Source: Clostridia bacterium (lineage in GTDB: Bacteria > Bacillota > Clostridia > TANB77 > CAG-508). Taken from it: a stretch of 64,000 nt of DNA. The stretch lies in contig JAFQIK010000014.1 of assembly GCA_017397545.1 (NCBI GenBank), positions 1,070 to 65,069 of the forward strand, read 5' to 3'. Shown piece after piece: positions 49,301-59,105 of this stretch. A model generated the notes under the pieces. That model was not told where the DNA came from. It did no database searches and worked only from the letters and a program-made list of their open reading frames with translations. Position numbers and translations under genes: made by a program. Within the stretch, counting starts at the first letter, position 1; the number at the start of each line of letters is the position of its first letter.

Positions 49301-51200
49301 CATCATATTTTGTTTGTGTTCCTTCTAAAACTATAGATATTACTTTGTTTCCATTTTCGTTTGTTATTATATCTGAAGATTTTATGCTTAGTTCATCTTC
49401 ATATAATAATGATACATCTTGTAATAATGTTGCTTCTGCTATTTCTTTTGGTAATTCTATATTTATTGTTGGATTATCAAATAGTTTATTACTATTATTA
49501 TTTGTGTTTAATATTGCTGTTAGTGTTAATTCTTCTTCTACTTGATTTGATATTGATGTTTTATTTAATTCTAAATCTACTGATGTTGTTGGTTCTAATA
49601 AATTAGCAACTTCTTGTTTATAAGATTTTTCTATTTCTTTACCCTCTGAGTCTTTTACATATAAATTAGTTGCTATATCTAATTTAGTTGCTTCTTCTAT
49701 TTTTTCTAATGTTTTTACTTTTATTGCTTTTTCATTTACTATTTCTATTTTTCCTTCCTTTACAGGATTGCTTGTTACTATTACTATATTATTTACATTT
49801 TCCGAATAATTAAATGTAATATAATCCTCGCTATTTTCTTGTGATAATGATATTTCTGTTATTGGATCTTGTAAATTTTCTCCATTATATATTTTAATTG
49901 TTCCATTGTTTCCTAATACATTTATTGCTTGTGCTTTATTTATTAATGTAGATTTATAATATGTAGATAAATTTTCTGAATCTGCTGTATCTCCAGAATC
50001 AATTACATATATTCCATTTTCTGTAGCATAAGATACATACATATCATATTGAGTTTTGTATGTTGTTTCTTCTCCTATATACATATAACCTTTGTAAATA
50101 CCTTTTGTTACACTACTTTTTATATCAACTATATTTCCTTTTTCTTCTACTGCTTCTAATGTTAAGTTATTTGTTTGTTCTATTATAGTATTTTCATCTC
50201 CATATACAACTACAAAAACTTTTACATCTGATGAAACAGATTCGATATTTACTTGTTCGTCATATATATATGTTACTATTAATTCATCTGTAGCATTTTT
50301 TTGCCAAGAAACATTTCCCTCTGCTACATTTGTTAATTCTATATATGTTTTATTTTCTTCTGCATTATAGTTCCATGAGCTTCCTTGGTTATTATTAAAT
50401 TCTATGCTACTTCCTCCGTTTGTAGCTGCAGTACTGTATGTTGAAACTTTTACTTCTTCAGGTATTACATTTGCAATTGGATTTCCTATTTCTATTTTTG
50501 TTGATTTTACTGGCACTTTATTGTCTTCCACGTTTGTTTTTATTAGTAATTGTAATACTCTTTTATTTTCTCCATCTTTTTCATAAATTTTATTTGTTAT
50601 TATCTCTTGAGAAACTTTAATTTGTTCTTGTGTAATTCCTTGTGTTGTCCAATTTATTTTAACTTCTTTAGTTGAATCTATATTTGTAATATTTCCATTT
50701 TCGTCTACATATTCTCCTGTTAATTTTATTTTACTAATCATGTTTAATAAACTCAAATTATAACTTGAGTCTTTTTTAGCTACTATTGGTAACTTTACAG
50801 TTATCCCTTTTTGTGAAGATATTGTTTCTATATCTCTTTTAAATATTTCTTCATTTTCTTTTGATTTAAAATTAGAATTAGAAAAATCTATACTTCCTTT
50901 TTCTAAACTTCCCTTCCCAGTTACAGAAACTGAAACGTATAAATCCAAATCTTCACTATTTATGTCTTTACTTACTTCTCTTACACTTGTATCATTTGGA
51001 TCCAAATATACATTAAATTTAACATATTCATTATTTGTATTAGTATTTTGTTCTCCTAATGTATTTTCTATTGCTATTGATTCTAACATACATGTTCCAA
51101 GTAAAGCAAAATTAGCAAATGTTAATGTTATTACTAATAGAGTTGCTAATAATTTTTTTGTTACTGTTCCATTTTCTCCTTTAATTAATTTTTTAAACAT
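46344..51200 (-). CDS. Giant surface protein (1618 aa) with DUF11-type repeats, an SdrD B-like domain and a C-terminal sorting-signal-like tail
   Basis: Signal/TM segment LLATLLVITLTFANFALLG. DUF11-like blocks (GQVLRYKVKLRNNTNEDINNIKV; IQYIATIKNKGYIDAYNLRISD). The SdrD B-like block is SGIAWLDENKNGVRDSQE...SGTYKLNNVPKGEYIV. The tail is VSIKTGSG plus a TM segment plus DKKVLKG. Confidence 0.8.
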   Translation of the reverse strand: MFKKLIKGENGTVTKKLLATLLVITLTFANFALLGTCMLESIAIENTLGEQNTNTNNEYVKFNVYLDPNDTSVREVSKDINSEDLDLYVSVSVTGKGSLEKGSIDFSNSNFKSKENEEIFKRDIETISSQKGITVKLPIVAKKDSSYNLSLLNMISKIKLTGEYVDENGNITNIDSTKEVKINWTTQGITQEQIKVSQEIITNKIYEKDGENKRVLQLLIKTNVEDNKVPVKSTKIEIGNPIANVIPEEVKVSTYSTAATNGGSSIEFNNNQGSSWNYNAEENKTYIELTNVAEGNVSWQKNATDELIVTYIYDEQVNIESVSSDVKVFVVVYGDENTIIEQTNNLTLEAVEEKGNIVDIKSSVTKGIYKGYMYIGEETTYKTQYDMYVSYATENGIYVIDSGDTADSENLSTYYKSTLINKAQAINVLGNNGTIKIYNGENLQDPITEISLSQENSEDYITFNYSENVNNIVIVTSNPVKEGKIEIVNEKAIKVKTLEKIEEATKLDIATNLYVKDSEGKEIEKSYKQEVANLLEPTTSVDLELNKTSISNQVEEELTLTAILNTNNNSNKLFDNPTINIELPKEIAEATLLQDVSLLYEDELSIKSSDIITNENGNKVISIVLEGTQTKYDASANVVMYLKVKANEFMPDKEVEIKTTCINGEENIEKLNKISVISRKGILSRNSIQVGENKIEAINNNVTIEITENSEIKLKSNIINNYGEKITNTTLMGNIPVGTNLKTALQTNLDNASIYYATKENPTVEEWIDVIEDYTTVKAFKIEIGELEQANGIEIEYVLNTIEETLQEKDSFNTEVKLNYVIENQTVEEELLYTVINNAKESEEVIESEKISVNVEVTAGGKELSKDEEILNGQVLRYKVKLRNNTNEDINNIKVNANIQNAVFYDLVQNGTIYDDSVDANGEPIYPEGKPVYVYDEYEKDIKEREIATISKLEGGNITTIEYLIVVYNNNSDTEKMMKNEIIITAEQIEEKKVTDERNIEEGKISLKLKYGYTENNKTYSSSNTDIILEVSNLINEELNNVTIKMDLPKGFDCNIDNQFFVSVRDDVSITKDNNKIFVTFEKILPNEKDSIKIKLLTDDMEIVKLNKKISLVAKANIQGDSNTYYSNDYIINVLQGKTELDVSFKSNMQGKEVKDNDEIQYIATIKNKGYIDAYNLRISDFIQEELDVISAKVVYSNGEERNIGIVEEISLLTINEEIKAQDSITIIINTKVNVKHSNVDKISNKLYISSSQIDDIETEELVNKIFVENEEDSKKPDEKEGTYSISGIAWLDENKNGVRDSQEKIMQAVKVMLLNNQGNIVKNVEGEEITTLTSISGTYKLNNVPKGEYIVAFEYDTQKYTVSKYQVAGAKEEQNSDVILKEIVINNKQVLLATTDVIKIENANIQNIDIGLIENAKFDLRLDKYVAKVIVTNEEESKTYQFNEATLGKVEIPAKQVNKTTLLVQYEIKVTNEGEVVGYVGDIVDYTPKELEFNSEMNPQWYEDSEGNLHNITLANEIIEQGETKTVKLVLTKSLNSNSLGTIENTAEIAKSSNLEGIQEKDSNVANNVAGEDDIGEASLIVSIKTGSGAMYVGIVIASILVLGIGIYLIDKKVLKG

Positions 51201-51495
51201 GATTACTCCTCCTAAATAATATTTATATTCACCTATAAATATACTTATATAGCATAATTTTTACATTTTTTTTGCACATTGTCAATATATGCTTCTTTTT
51301 ATATTTATATTTGCAAGATTTTTTTCATACGGAAATTAGCTCTTCGGTTTTTTTTTCAAAAAATTACATTTTCATGACATTTTAAAAAAAAGCGAATTTT
51401 GGCGCTATATATTTAATTATATACGCTTATGTAAACTTTTTCAAGGTATTTTTTGAAGATTTTTACATTTTTTTGCAATAGAATATAATATATTT

Positions 51496-52338
51496 TTATT
51501 TACTTTTCAACTCCCTTTTTAATTTTATTATATTATCTAATGTTTGCGTATATCCTTCTCTATAACAAAACTCTAATTTGCTTATATTAAAAGGTTTTAC
51601 ATCTCTTAAATCTATCTCTATTACATAATCACTCTTATTTATAGAATCCTTTATTAAATTTTCTGTCATTAAATCTAATGACTGCATTGCAATGTTATAT
51701 ATAGTATTTTGTTTTCTTGGCGATTTTAATTTAAATTTTATTGCTATTACTTTATCTATACCTAACTTTTTTGCTTCTACAACTGGTAGATTGTCAAATA
51801 TTCCTCCATCTACGAATTGATATTTTTTGTAATCAAATGGAGCATACATTCCTGGAAATGTTGAACTTGCTCTTACTGCTTTCCCTATTTCTATGTCATG
51901 TATATATTCCTCTCCTTTAAGTTCATTACAATTAGTAAATATTATTTCCCTATCTGATATTAAATCTGTTGCCGGAATTGATATTGGAAGTTTTATATCT
52001 TTTATATTCTTTATATTTTTAAGTTTTCCCGCTTCTTCAATTGCAGACTCTATATTAAAACTTGTAGTTAACCCTCCAAGTTTTATTCCTCTTTTTTCTT
52101 TTATTCCACTAAACATATATTTAGGAGATATCGCCATAACAGATTTAGAAAAATAATTAAATAATTTTATCATTTCATCTGTAGTATATCCCATACCTAA
52201 AAGTGCTGCAACTATGCTACCCGCAGATGTTCCTGCTACTGCATCTATTTTTATTCCATTTTCTTTTAGAGCTTTTATCGCCCCTATATGTGCTGCACCT
52301 CTTACTCCTCCACCTGATAATGCAAGACCTATTTTCAT
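51496..52338 (-). CDS. Patatin-like phospholipase
   Basis: GLALSGGGVRGAAHIG, GTSAGS and DGG(I/L) motifs. Confidence 0.88.
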   Translation of the reverse strand: MKIGLALSGGGVRGAAHIGAIKALKENGIKIDAVAGTSAGSIVAALLGMGYTTDEMIKLFNYFSKSVMAISPKYMFSGIKEKRGIKLGGLTTSFNIESAIEEAGKLKNIKNIKDIKLPISIPATDLISDREIIFTNCNELKGEEYIHDIEIGKAVRASSTFPGMYAPFDYKKYQFVDGGIFDNLPVVEAKKLGIDKVIAIKFKLKSPRKQNTIYNIAMQSLDLMTENLIKDSINKSDYVIEIDLRDVKPFNISKLEFCYREGYTQTLDNIIKLKRELKSK

Positions 52339-52483
52339 AATCATCTACCTCTCTTATATATTTTTTGTATCTACTAAATAATAATATTCTATCATATTTT
52401 TCACTAATATGTATATAATTAATTGACATTTAATGTTTATTATAATATTATAATAACAATAATAATTTTGAAGGGATGATATT

Positions 52484-52615
52484 ATGAAATATACATGTAG
52501 TATTTGTGGATTTGTTTATGATGAAGACAAGGAAACAGTAAAATTTGATGAATTACCAGACAACTGGGTATGTCCTATATGCGGTGCAGGTAAAGATGTT
52601 TTTGTTAGTGAATAA
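52484..52615 (+). CDS. Rubredoxin (43 aa), not in the ORF track
   Basis: [43 protein letters not shown] carries the CxxCG...CPxCG pair. There is a GAAGGGATG RBS region upstream. Confidence 0.85.
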   Translation: MKYTCSICGFVYDEDKETVKFDELPDNWVCPICGAGKDVFVSE

Positions 52616-52623
52616 TAAAAAAC

Positions 52624-52662
52624 AAGAGATACTTCATTTTAAATGGTATCTCTTATTTTTTT
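52624..52662 (+). terminator. Intrinsic terminator after rubredoxin
   Basis: AAGAGATAC-loop-GTATCTCTT followed by ATTTTTTT. Confidence 0.75.
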
Positions 52663-52664
52663 AC

Positions 52665-53810
52665 TTAAATATTCTTATATTTTCTATATCCAATATATGA
52701 AACTACACCTATTATTACTATACATGCCATCGGAATAATTAGCATATTTATACCTGTATCTGGATAATCTTTATCTGAAACTGTATTATCAGGTTTTTCT
52801 TTATCATCTGCTGCTTCTTGGACTTTAATTTCTTGTTCAACTGTTTTTGTTATTCCTTCTTCTGTATATTTTATTGTTACCGTTTTATCTGTTAATTTTA
52901 ATGATTCTGTAGGCTCACATGTATAATTTGTTACTACTTTACTACTTCCATCACTATATTTTGCTACTACTTCCATTCCTGTTTTATCAAATTTTTCACC
53001 TTTTTTGTATACTGTTTTTGTTGGAGCTTTAGTTATCTCTATACTTGTTAGTGTTTTTTCTGGTTGGTCACCATCTCCTCCATCATTATCTCTTTCATTA
53101 ACTTCAATTTCTTGTTCAACTGTTTTTGTTATTCCTTCTTCTGTATATTTTATTGTTACTGCTTTATCTGTTAATTTTAATGTTTCTGTTGGTTCACATG
53201 TATAATTTGTTACTATTTTACTACTTCCATCACTATACTTTGCAGTTACTACCATTCCTGATTTGTCAAATTTTTCGCCTTCTTCATATACTGTTTTAGT
53301 AGGAGCTGTTGTTATTTCTATACTTGTTAGTGTTTTTTCTGGTTGGTCAATTGTTTCGTTTTCTACAAATGTTATGTTTCCAATATTTTCTAATTTATAT
53401 TTTATATTAGTTAAGTTTATTTCCTCTAATATTATACGCACTTCCCCCTCAGAATAATCTGCAATATAATGAATTTCCATTATTTCTTCTGATTTTGCGC
53501 CTGCTGCTTTTAATAGGTTAAATGCTCCTTGGTCCTCTCCCTCTTGGTCATTATAAGTTAAACTCCATCCATTTTTTCCTGTTACTTGTTTTATTCTTAC
53601 ATTTCCTTCTGTTTTTATTTTTCCAGTTATTACTCCTATTGCATCTCCTTCTGTCTGCACTTTTACAATTAATGTCCCAGTTGTGCCTATATCTGTCGAA
53701 TCTGCTTTTTCTATTGTTACAGTACCTATAGTTCCAGATGCTATTACATTTGAAATTCCTATAAATAGTATTAGTAACATTCCAAATAATATAATTCCTA
53801 TTTTTTTCAT
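52665..53810 (-). CDS. Wall-anchored protein: signal peptide, cohesin-like N-terminal domain, two Big_3 Ig-like repeats, YPDTG plus TM plus basic tail
   Basis: Signal peptide MKKIGIILFGMLLILFIGISNVIASG. A beta-rich domain of about 125 aa follows (GTLIVKVQTEGDAIGVITGKIKTEG...EGEVRIILEEINL). There are two 93-aa repeats, LTSIEIT.APTKTVY..GEKFDK.GM.V.AKYSDGSSK. The C-terminus is DKDYPDTG-INMLIIPMACIVIIGVVSYIGY-RKYKNI. The cohesin call is tentative. Confidence 0.7.
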   Translation of the reverse strand: MKKIGIILFGMLLILFIGISNVIASGTIGTVTIEKADSTDIGTTGTLIVKVQTEGDAIGVITGKIKTEGNVRIKQVTGKNGWSLTYNDQEGEDQGAFNLLKAAGAKSEEIMEIHYIADYSEGEVRIILEEINLTNIKYKLENIGNITFVENETIDQPEKTLTSIEITTAPTKTVYEEGEKFDKSGMVVTAKYSDGSSKIVTNYTCEPTETLKLTDKAVTIKYTEEGITKTVEQEIEVNERDNDGGDGDQPEKTLTSIEITKAPTKTVYKKGEKFDKTGMEVVAKYSDGSSKVVTNYTCEPTESLKLTDKTVTIKYTEEGITKTVEQEIKVQEAADDKEKPDNTVSDKDYPDTGINMLIIPMACIVIIGVVSYIGYRKYKNI

Positions 53811-53872
53811 TTGCTTTCTCTCCTTTTCGTTTTGATTATATTTTATAATTTGTTTTTAGTCAATACTTATAT

Positions 53873-56800
53873 TTAATCTAATCCTACTAATATTCTTGCC
53901 ATTTTTAGTAAATCCATATCGTCTGCACAAGTTCCGTTTCTTTCTATATCACTTGCTTTTAAACCTTCTTTGCTTAAGTTTTTATATAATTTTGCTTTAT
54001 ATCTTGATAACATTAGTAGGTCTATATCGTTCATTTGGCCATCTCCATTTAAGTCTCCTGTTACTACTATTTTATACTCTTTTGTATCCTTGTTTAAAAA
54101 TACTTTTATTATCATTTCTGTTGCTATATTTGTTTCTTTATCTGTTACTTCTGTTTCTCCTTTATATATTTTTATTTCTCCATTTGTTTCTATATTGCTT
54201 TTTATACTTTCTATTGTTGTATTTGGTTTTATATTTTCTATATATAAAGCTCTCTCATCTTCTTTTATCTGGTATGTCGAATCTTTTTTTAATTTAACTT
54301 CTAGTGTATCACTTTGGCTTTCTATTTCTACTGCAAAGTTTACTTCTGTTTTGTTTCCAGCTTTATCTGTTAGTGTGAATTTATATTGTCCATTTTCTGT
54401 TATTGCATCATCTTTTTTATAATCTTCTACTTTTTCTCCATCTTTTGTTAATTCTATTGTGTCCAAGTTTTCTTCTATTATTACAGGTTTTACTCTTTGG
54501 GCATAAGTTTTACCTTCTTCAACACCTTCAATTTTTGGTGCTGTTTTATCAATATTTGTAATTACTACATCTATTTGACTTTGATTTCCTAATTTATCTT
54601 CTAAAACAATTTTTTCATTTGTATTTTTTGCATATGTTTTTGTTAATACTTTTTTATCTTCTAATAAAGTCCATCCTTCTATTGGGTTACATTCTTCATT
54701 AGCTGTTATTGTAACTATTACGTCTTCTTTTGTAATTTCTTTTGGACTATAAATAACCTCTGCTTTTGGGCCTTCTTTATCTATCCAATCCACTTTAGCT
54801 GTTGCTGTTCCTACAAATCCATAATCATCTTCAAATTCAAATGTAAATTCTCCATTTTTAGTAAATGTATATGTAGTATTTTCATCATTATTTACTATAC
54901 TTGCTTGTCTTCCTTCAAAACTTATTGTAACTGTTACATTCTCTTTTGTTTTTTCCTCTGTACTGTAAGTTAACACTGGCTTTAATGCTCTTGCAATAGC
55001 CAATTGACTACCATTTGCATTTCCATTTTTTATTTTTACTGTTGCTATTTTATTTCCTAATTCTTCAATATTTATTTGCACTTTTCCATCTTCTGTTAAA
55101 CTGCAATTATTGCATACAAAATCTTCTTCAGTATAAATTAATCCGTTTTCTTCTTTTGTTTCTGTAAATAATTTAGGTAATTCAACTGTTACAATATTTT
55201 CATTTATTTCTTCTAATGCATAATGTAATTTTTGATAGTTTAATTCTAAGTTATTTACTATAAAATCTTTTATTGGTTCAATTGTAGTTATTCTATTTGT
55301 ATTAGCTAATATATTAGTTAGTGATGCCATATTTTTGATATCTTCTAAGTCTAATATTCTATTATTAGAAATATCTAAATCATATAAATTTAACTTTGCT
55401 ATGCTTGATATATCTTTTATCTTGTTTGAGCTTAAATTTAAGGTTTTTAAATTCGTCAAATTTTCTAATATACTTATATCTTCTATTTTATTACTTGATA
55501 TGTCCAATGTTGTTAATTCTGTTAATGTTGCTATTGGTTTTATATCTTTAATATTATTTTTTCCTATATATAATTTTGTTACTGTTGTTATTCCTTGAAT
55601 TGGAGTTAAATCTGTAATACTATTACCAGATACATTTATTTCTACTAATTTAGATTCTGCATTTCTATTTGATATTAACATTTCTAACCACATTTTAAAT
55701 GGTGTCAAATCTGATATTTCATTATTTGATAAATCTATTTTAGTTATATTTTTATAATTTGTTATAACATCTGCTGATTGTAAATCGTTATCTGATAAAA
55801 TCAATGTCTGTATTTGAGGTAAATCTTTTAATAAATTAATTTTACTTACTGAATTATCATTACTTATACTATTTACTGCCAAATCAATATATTTTAAGTT
55901 TATAAAGCTTTCTAACCCTTTAATACTTTTTACTCTTCTTCCTTCATCTCCAGTCAATATTAATTCATCTATAGTTGCAATTTCTTTATACTCTATATTT
56001 AATATGTATGGTACCCAACCTACTAATTTTTTTTCTTTTCTTAGTAATTCTGTTGCTACCCTATCTGTTAAATAGTAATCTTCAAATACTATGGAATCAT
56101 ATACTTTACTACCTGTACTTGTCGTTATTGTAAATGTAAATTCACTTCCTGAAGCTCTTCCTCCACTTATTGTTACAGTTCCTACTGAACCTGCTTCTAT
56201 ATTTTCTGGAAATACTATATTATAATTTCCAGGCTCTTCATCGTATTTACCTGTTCCTACATTTGGAATAATATATGTATCTGTGTTCAAAGTTGCTGCA
56301 CCTGTTACAGCAAAATTTGCATTTTCTGCGTATATCTTTTTATTTGGATCCTTACAATATTGGAATATACTATCTAAAATTATTTTTTGCTCAACATTTG
56401 TATTAGTCTTCTTTTTAATATTAAAATTCCCTGTTTGATTTTGTAAAAATAAATATTTAGGCTCTAATTTTGTTAAATTTTCTATGCTATTAATATTATG
56501 AATATGGTTTTCACTTAAATCTAAATACTTTATAGTATCAGCCATATATCCTAATGTATCCACTTCTTCTATTTCATTTCCAGCCATTCTTAAATCTGCA
56601 ATTTTACTTACAACCTCTACATTTCCGTCTGAATCTAAGTCTACCAAATAAGAGAGGTCTTCTATATCATTATTATTAGCATACAATGTTTTTAAATTTA
56701 TAAGTTCTACAATTCCACTAAGTCCATTTTTTGTATATCCATTACTATTTACGTTCAGGAATTCCAAATTGGTAAGCACTTTTAAATTACTTATTGAAAT

Positions 56801-57718
56801 TTTTGAAAAAGAATTATTTACTCCTTGTAACTCTAAATGAGTTAAATTTATTAATTTTGGAACTTTTGTAACTTTATCTTTTTCCACTAATTTTGTTAAA
56901 TCTGTTATTGCATTATTTTGATTTAAAACTAACTTATTTAAATTGCTTAAATTTGTTATTGCTTCTATTTCTCTTATAGATGTATTATCACTTAAATCTA
57001 ATTTTCTTAAGTTGCTTAATCTATAAATCGAAGCAATATCTGTAATATTATTACTAGATAAATTTATTTCTTCAAGTGTAGAAATAGAAGTAATTGGAAT
57101 TATGTTAGTAACAAAATTTGCACTTGCAAATAATTTTGTTAAAGCAAAATTATTTGCTATTCCTTCTAAATTACTTATTGAATTACTAGATATATCCAAT
57201 ATACTTAATTTATTAAGTTTTGATAAATCTGGTAATACTTTCAAGCCGTTTGACTTTATTTCAAAATGTGTTAGATTAGTTAATTCTACTATTTTACTTA
57301 TATCTGATATTTCATTTTTATTTAATTTTAATATTTGTAAATTCTTAAAATTTTCAATTCCTGTAATATCTTTAATTTTCTTCAAATTGCTTCCAGTATA
57401 TTCAAATTCTGTAAGTGCATTTATTTGCCCCCTTGTCATTGTAAGTTCCAAAGAATTTTGTGTTGCTATTCCTCCATATTCTGTGACTAATGCTTCATAA
57501 AACACTTCATCATTTACTTGTATAGTAATTATTTCATTCGGATCTTCTTGTTCTGTTTCTGTTGCCACAGATGCTAATGTTACAGCTTGTCTTACTATTG
57601 GATTTACATTACTTATAAAAATATTCTTTTCTTGAGTTGCATAAGTAGTACCTTGTATTATAAAACTTAAAGCACATGCAGAAGTAATAAAAATTGAAAA
57701 TTTTTTCTTATTATTCAT
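53873..57718 (-). CDS. Internalin-type LRR surface protein with Ig-like domains and a C-terminal dockerin
   Basis: Signal peptide, then more than 25 units of 22 aa (LxxLxxLxLsxNxIxDIxxI). The C-terminus is GDLNGDGQMNDIDLLMLSRY...SDIERNGTCADDMDLLKMARILVGLD. The last 110 aa or so are homologous to the C-terminus of the 2973-7541 protein. Confidence 0.85.
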   Translation of the reverse strand: MNNKKKFSIFITSACALSFIIQGTTYATQEKNIFISNVNPIVRQAVTLASVATETEQEDPNEIITIQVNDEVFYEALVTEYGGIATQNSLELTMTRGQINALTEFEYTGSNLKKIKDITGIENFKNLQILKLNKNEISDISKIVELTNLTHFEIKSNGLKVLPDLSKLNKLSILDISSNSISNLEGIANNFALTKLFASANFVTNIIPITSISTLEEINLSSNNITDIASIYRLSNLRKLDLSDNTSIREIEAITNLSNLNKLVLNQNNAITDLTKLVEKDKVTKVPKLINLTHLELQGVNNSFSKISISNLKVLTNLEFLNVNSNGYTKNGLSGIVELINLKTLYANNNDIEDLSYLVDLDSDGNVEVVSKIADLRMAGNEIEEVDTLGYMADTIKYLDLSENHIHNINSIENLTKLEPKYLFLQNQTGNFNIKKKTNTNVEQKIILDSIFQYCKDPNKKIYAENANFAVTGAATLNTDTYIIPNVGTGKYDEEPGNYNIVFPENIEAGSVGTVTISGGRASGSEFTFTITTSTGSKVYDSIVFEDYYLTDRVATELLRKEKKLVGWVPYILNIEYKEIATIDELILTGDEGRRVKSIKGLESFINLKYIDLAVNSISNDNSVSKINLLKDLPQIQTLILSDNDLQSADVITNYKNITKIDLSNNEISDLTPFKMWLEMLISNRNAESKLVEINVSGNSITDLTPIQGITTVTKLYIGKNNIKDIKPIATLTELTTLDISSNKIEDISILENLTNLKTLNLSSNKIKDISSIAKLNLYDLDISNNRILDLEDIKNMASLTNILANTNRITTIEPIKDFIVNNLELNYQKLHYALEEINENIVTVELPKLFTETKEENGLIYTEEDFVCNNCSLTEDGKVQINIEELGNKIATVKIKNGNANGSQLAIARALKPVLTYSTEEKTKENVTVTISFEGRQASIVNNDENTTYTFTKNGEFTFEFEDDYGFVGTATAKVDWIDKEGPKAEVIYSPKEITKEDVIVTITANEECNPIEGWTLLEDKKVLTKTYAKNTNEKIVLEDKLGNQSQIDVVITNIDKTAPKIEGVEEGKTYAQRVKPVIIEENLDTIELTKDGEKVEDYKKDDAITENGQYKFTLTDKAGNKTEVNFAVEIESQSDTLEVKLKKDSTYQIKEDERALYIENIKPNTTIESIKSNIETNGEIKIYKGETEVTDKETNIATEMIIKVFLNKDTKEYKIVVTGDLNGDGQMNDIDLLMLSRYKAKLYKNLSKEGLKASDIERNGTCADDMDLLKMARILVGLD

Positions 57719-57780
57719 CTCTTATTCCCCTTTTATATTTTTTACACTTTCATAATTTAAATTATAATTAGATTTAAAGC

Positions 57781-57828
57781 AAAATCAAGTCCTTGAAATT
57801 AACTAATACATTTCAAGGACTTGATTTT
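57781..57828 (-). terminator. Intrinsic terminator upstream of the LRR gene
   Basis: An 18-bp stem AAAATCAAGTCCTTGAAA / TTTCAAGGACTTGATTTT, followed by a T-rich tail on the minus strand. Confidence 0.7.
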
Positions 57829-57937
57829 GTTTACGCAAACTTGTTTTTGCGTTTTTTTATTATGTATATTACTTTTTTATTACATTTTTCGCGGATTTAT
57901 GTACTTATTTTTAAGTTTTACTAGGGATTATTGATTT

Positions 57938-58193
57938 TTAACAATTAGTTTGATTGTATTCTCCTAATGCTTTTGCTAGTTGGTCTGGACAAGATGTTGT
58001 TTTATATCCACATGGAATCCCTTTTAATTTTTCTATTACTTCTTTTATTTTCATTCCTTCTACTAATTTTGAAAGACCCAAAGTATTTCCGTGCGCATCC
58101 TCCTATTATTTTTACTGATTTTATTATATCTCCTTCTATCTCAAAAATCATTTCTCTTGAACATACTCCTTGTGGTTTATATTTATATTCCAT
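57938..58193 (-). CDS. TIGR03905-like small 4-Cys protein; needs a +1 shift at CGG
   Basis: MEYKYKPQGVCSREMIFEIEGDIIKSVKIIGGCA|GNTLGLSKLVEGMKIKEVIEKLKGIPCGYKTTSCPDQLAKALGEYNQTNC*. The 0 frame gives an unrelated basic tail instead. Confidence 0.75.
58089..58091 (-). other. In-frame CGG, +1 shift site (GGA GGA TGC GCA CGG AAA -> G G C A | G N T)
   Basis: The codon is in phase with ORF 58002..58202. The +1 frame is open to TAA at 57938-57940. Confidence 0.8.
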
Positions 58194-58223
58194 TATTATC
58201 ACCCTTCTTTATATTTATAGTTT

Positions 58224-58856
58224 TTATTTTTTATCTATTAAAACTTTTACTTCTTTATTTGTTAATTCTATAAACTGACTTAAATCGTCTTTACTTCCAA
58301 CAAGTTCTCCGTAATGTGTTGGAACTACAATTTTTATATCTATTTTATTTGCAAGTTGGGAAGCCTGTTCTGCATTCATTGTAAACTCTCCACCTATAGG
58401 TAAAAATGCTATATCACATTTAATATTTTGTATTTCTTCTATATTGTCTGTATCTCCTGCTATGTAATATTTAATTTCATTTAACTCTATTATATATCCT
58501 ACCCAATTATTTTCTTTTGGATGATATTTTTTATTCTCATTGTAAGACGGAAGTGTTTCAAATTTTATATTATCTAATTCATATTTATTATTTGGCTCTA
58601 CAATTATAATTTGATTATCTGGAACTCCCATTAATTCTAAACTTGATTTTGTTTCTGGTATTGTAACAAAAATTGTATCTACTTTTGCAACCTTTAAAAT
58701 ATCTTGTGTTGAAAAATGGTCATAATGAGAATGTGTAATAAATATATAATCTGCATTGTGTGTCACTTCCTTTATTCTAAATGGATCAATATATACTATT
58801 TTATCCTTTGCTATTTTTATTGAACTATGACAATTAATTTTTACTCCTTCTAGCAT
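58224..58856 (-). CDS. MBL-fold metallo-hydrolase
   Basis: YIFITHSHYDHF motif, 210 aa. Confidence 0.8.
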   Translation of the reverse strand: MLEGVKINCHSSIKIAKDKIVYIDPFRIKEVTHNADYIFITHSHYDHFSTQDILKVAKVDTIFVTIPETKSSLELMGVPDNQIIIVEPNNKYELDNIKFETLPSYNENKKYHPKENNWVGYIIELNEIKYYIAGDTDNIEEIQNIKCDIAFLPIGGEFTMNAEQASQLANKIDIKIVVPTHYGELVGSKDDLSQFIELTNKEVKVLIDKK

Positions 58857-58973
58857 AAAATCACGCTCCTTAATTTAGATTATATATGAAGTTTTGGTTG
58901 AATTCAAGATATGGTGAGAAGCAAATTTTGATATTAATTAATATTCAGCATATAGTTTAAATGGTAGAGAAAC

Positions 58974-59080
58974 GTAGGGGCCACTAGTAGTCGCCCGCGG
59001 GCGAACAAAGTTCGCCCCTACAACGTTTGCAATAGTTGTCTCAACTGTTTTTGCAGGCAGGGATGGAACCCTGCCCCTGC
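58974..59080. repeat. REP/BIME-like cluster (3 units)
   Basis: GTAGGGGCCACTAGTAGTCGCCCG abuts CGGGCGAACAAAGTTCGCCCCTAC. A degenerate unit GGCAGGGATGGAACCCTGCCCCTGC follows. The flank CAACGTTTGCAAT is shared. Confidence 0.85.
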
Positions 59081-59105
59081 AGTATTTGCAATAATTTTAT
59101 TGTCT

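Noticed and set aside
52217-52429. 70-aa minus-strand ORF overlapping the patatin start
   Set aside because: It is in an alternative frame of the patatin N-terminus. The GGGVRGAAHIG motif identifies the correct frame.
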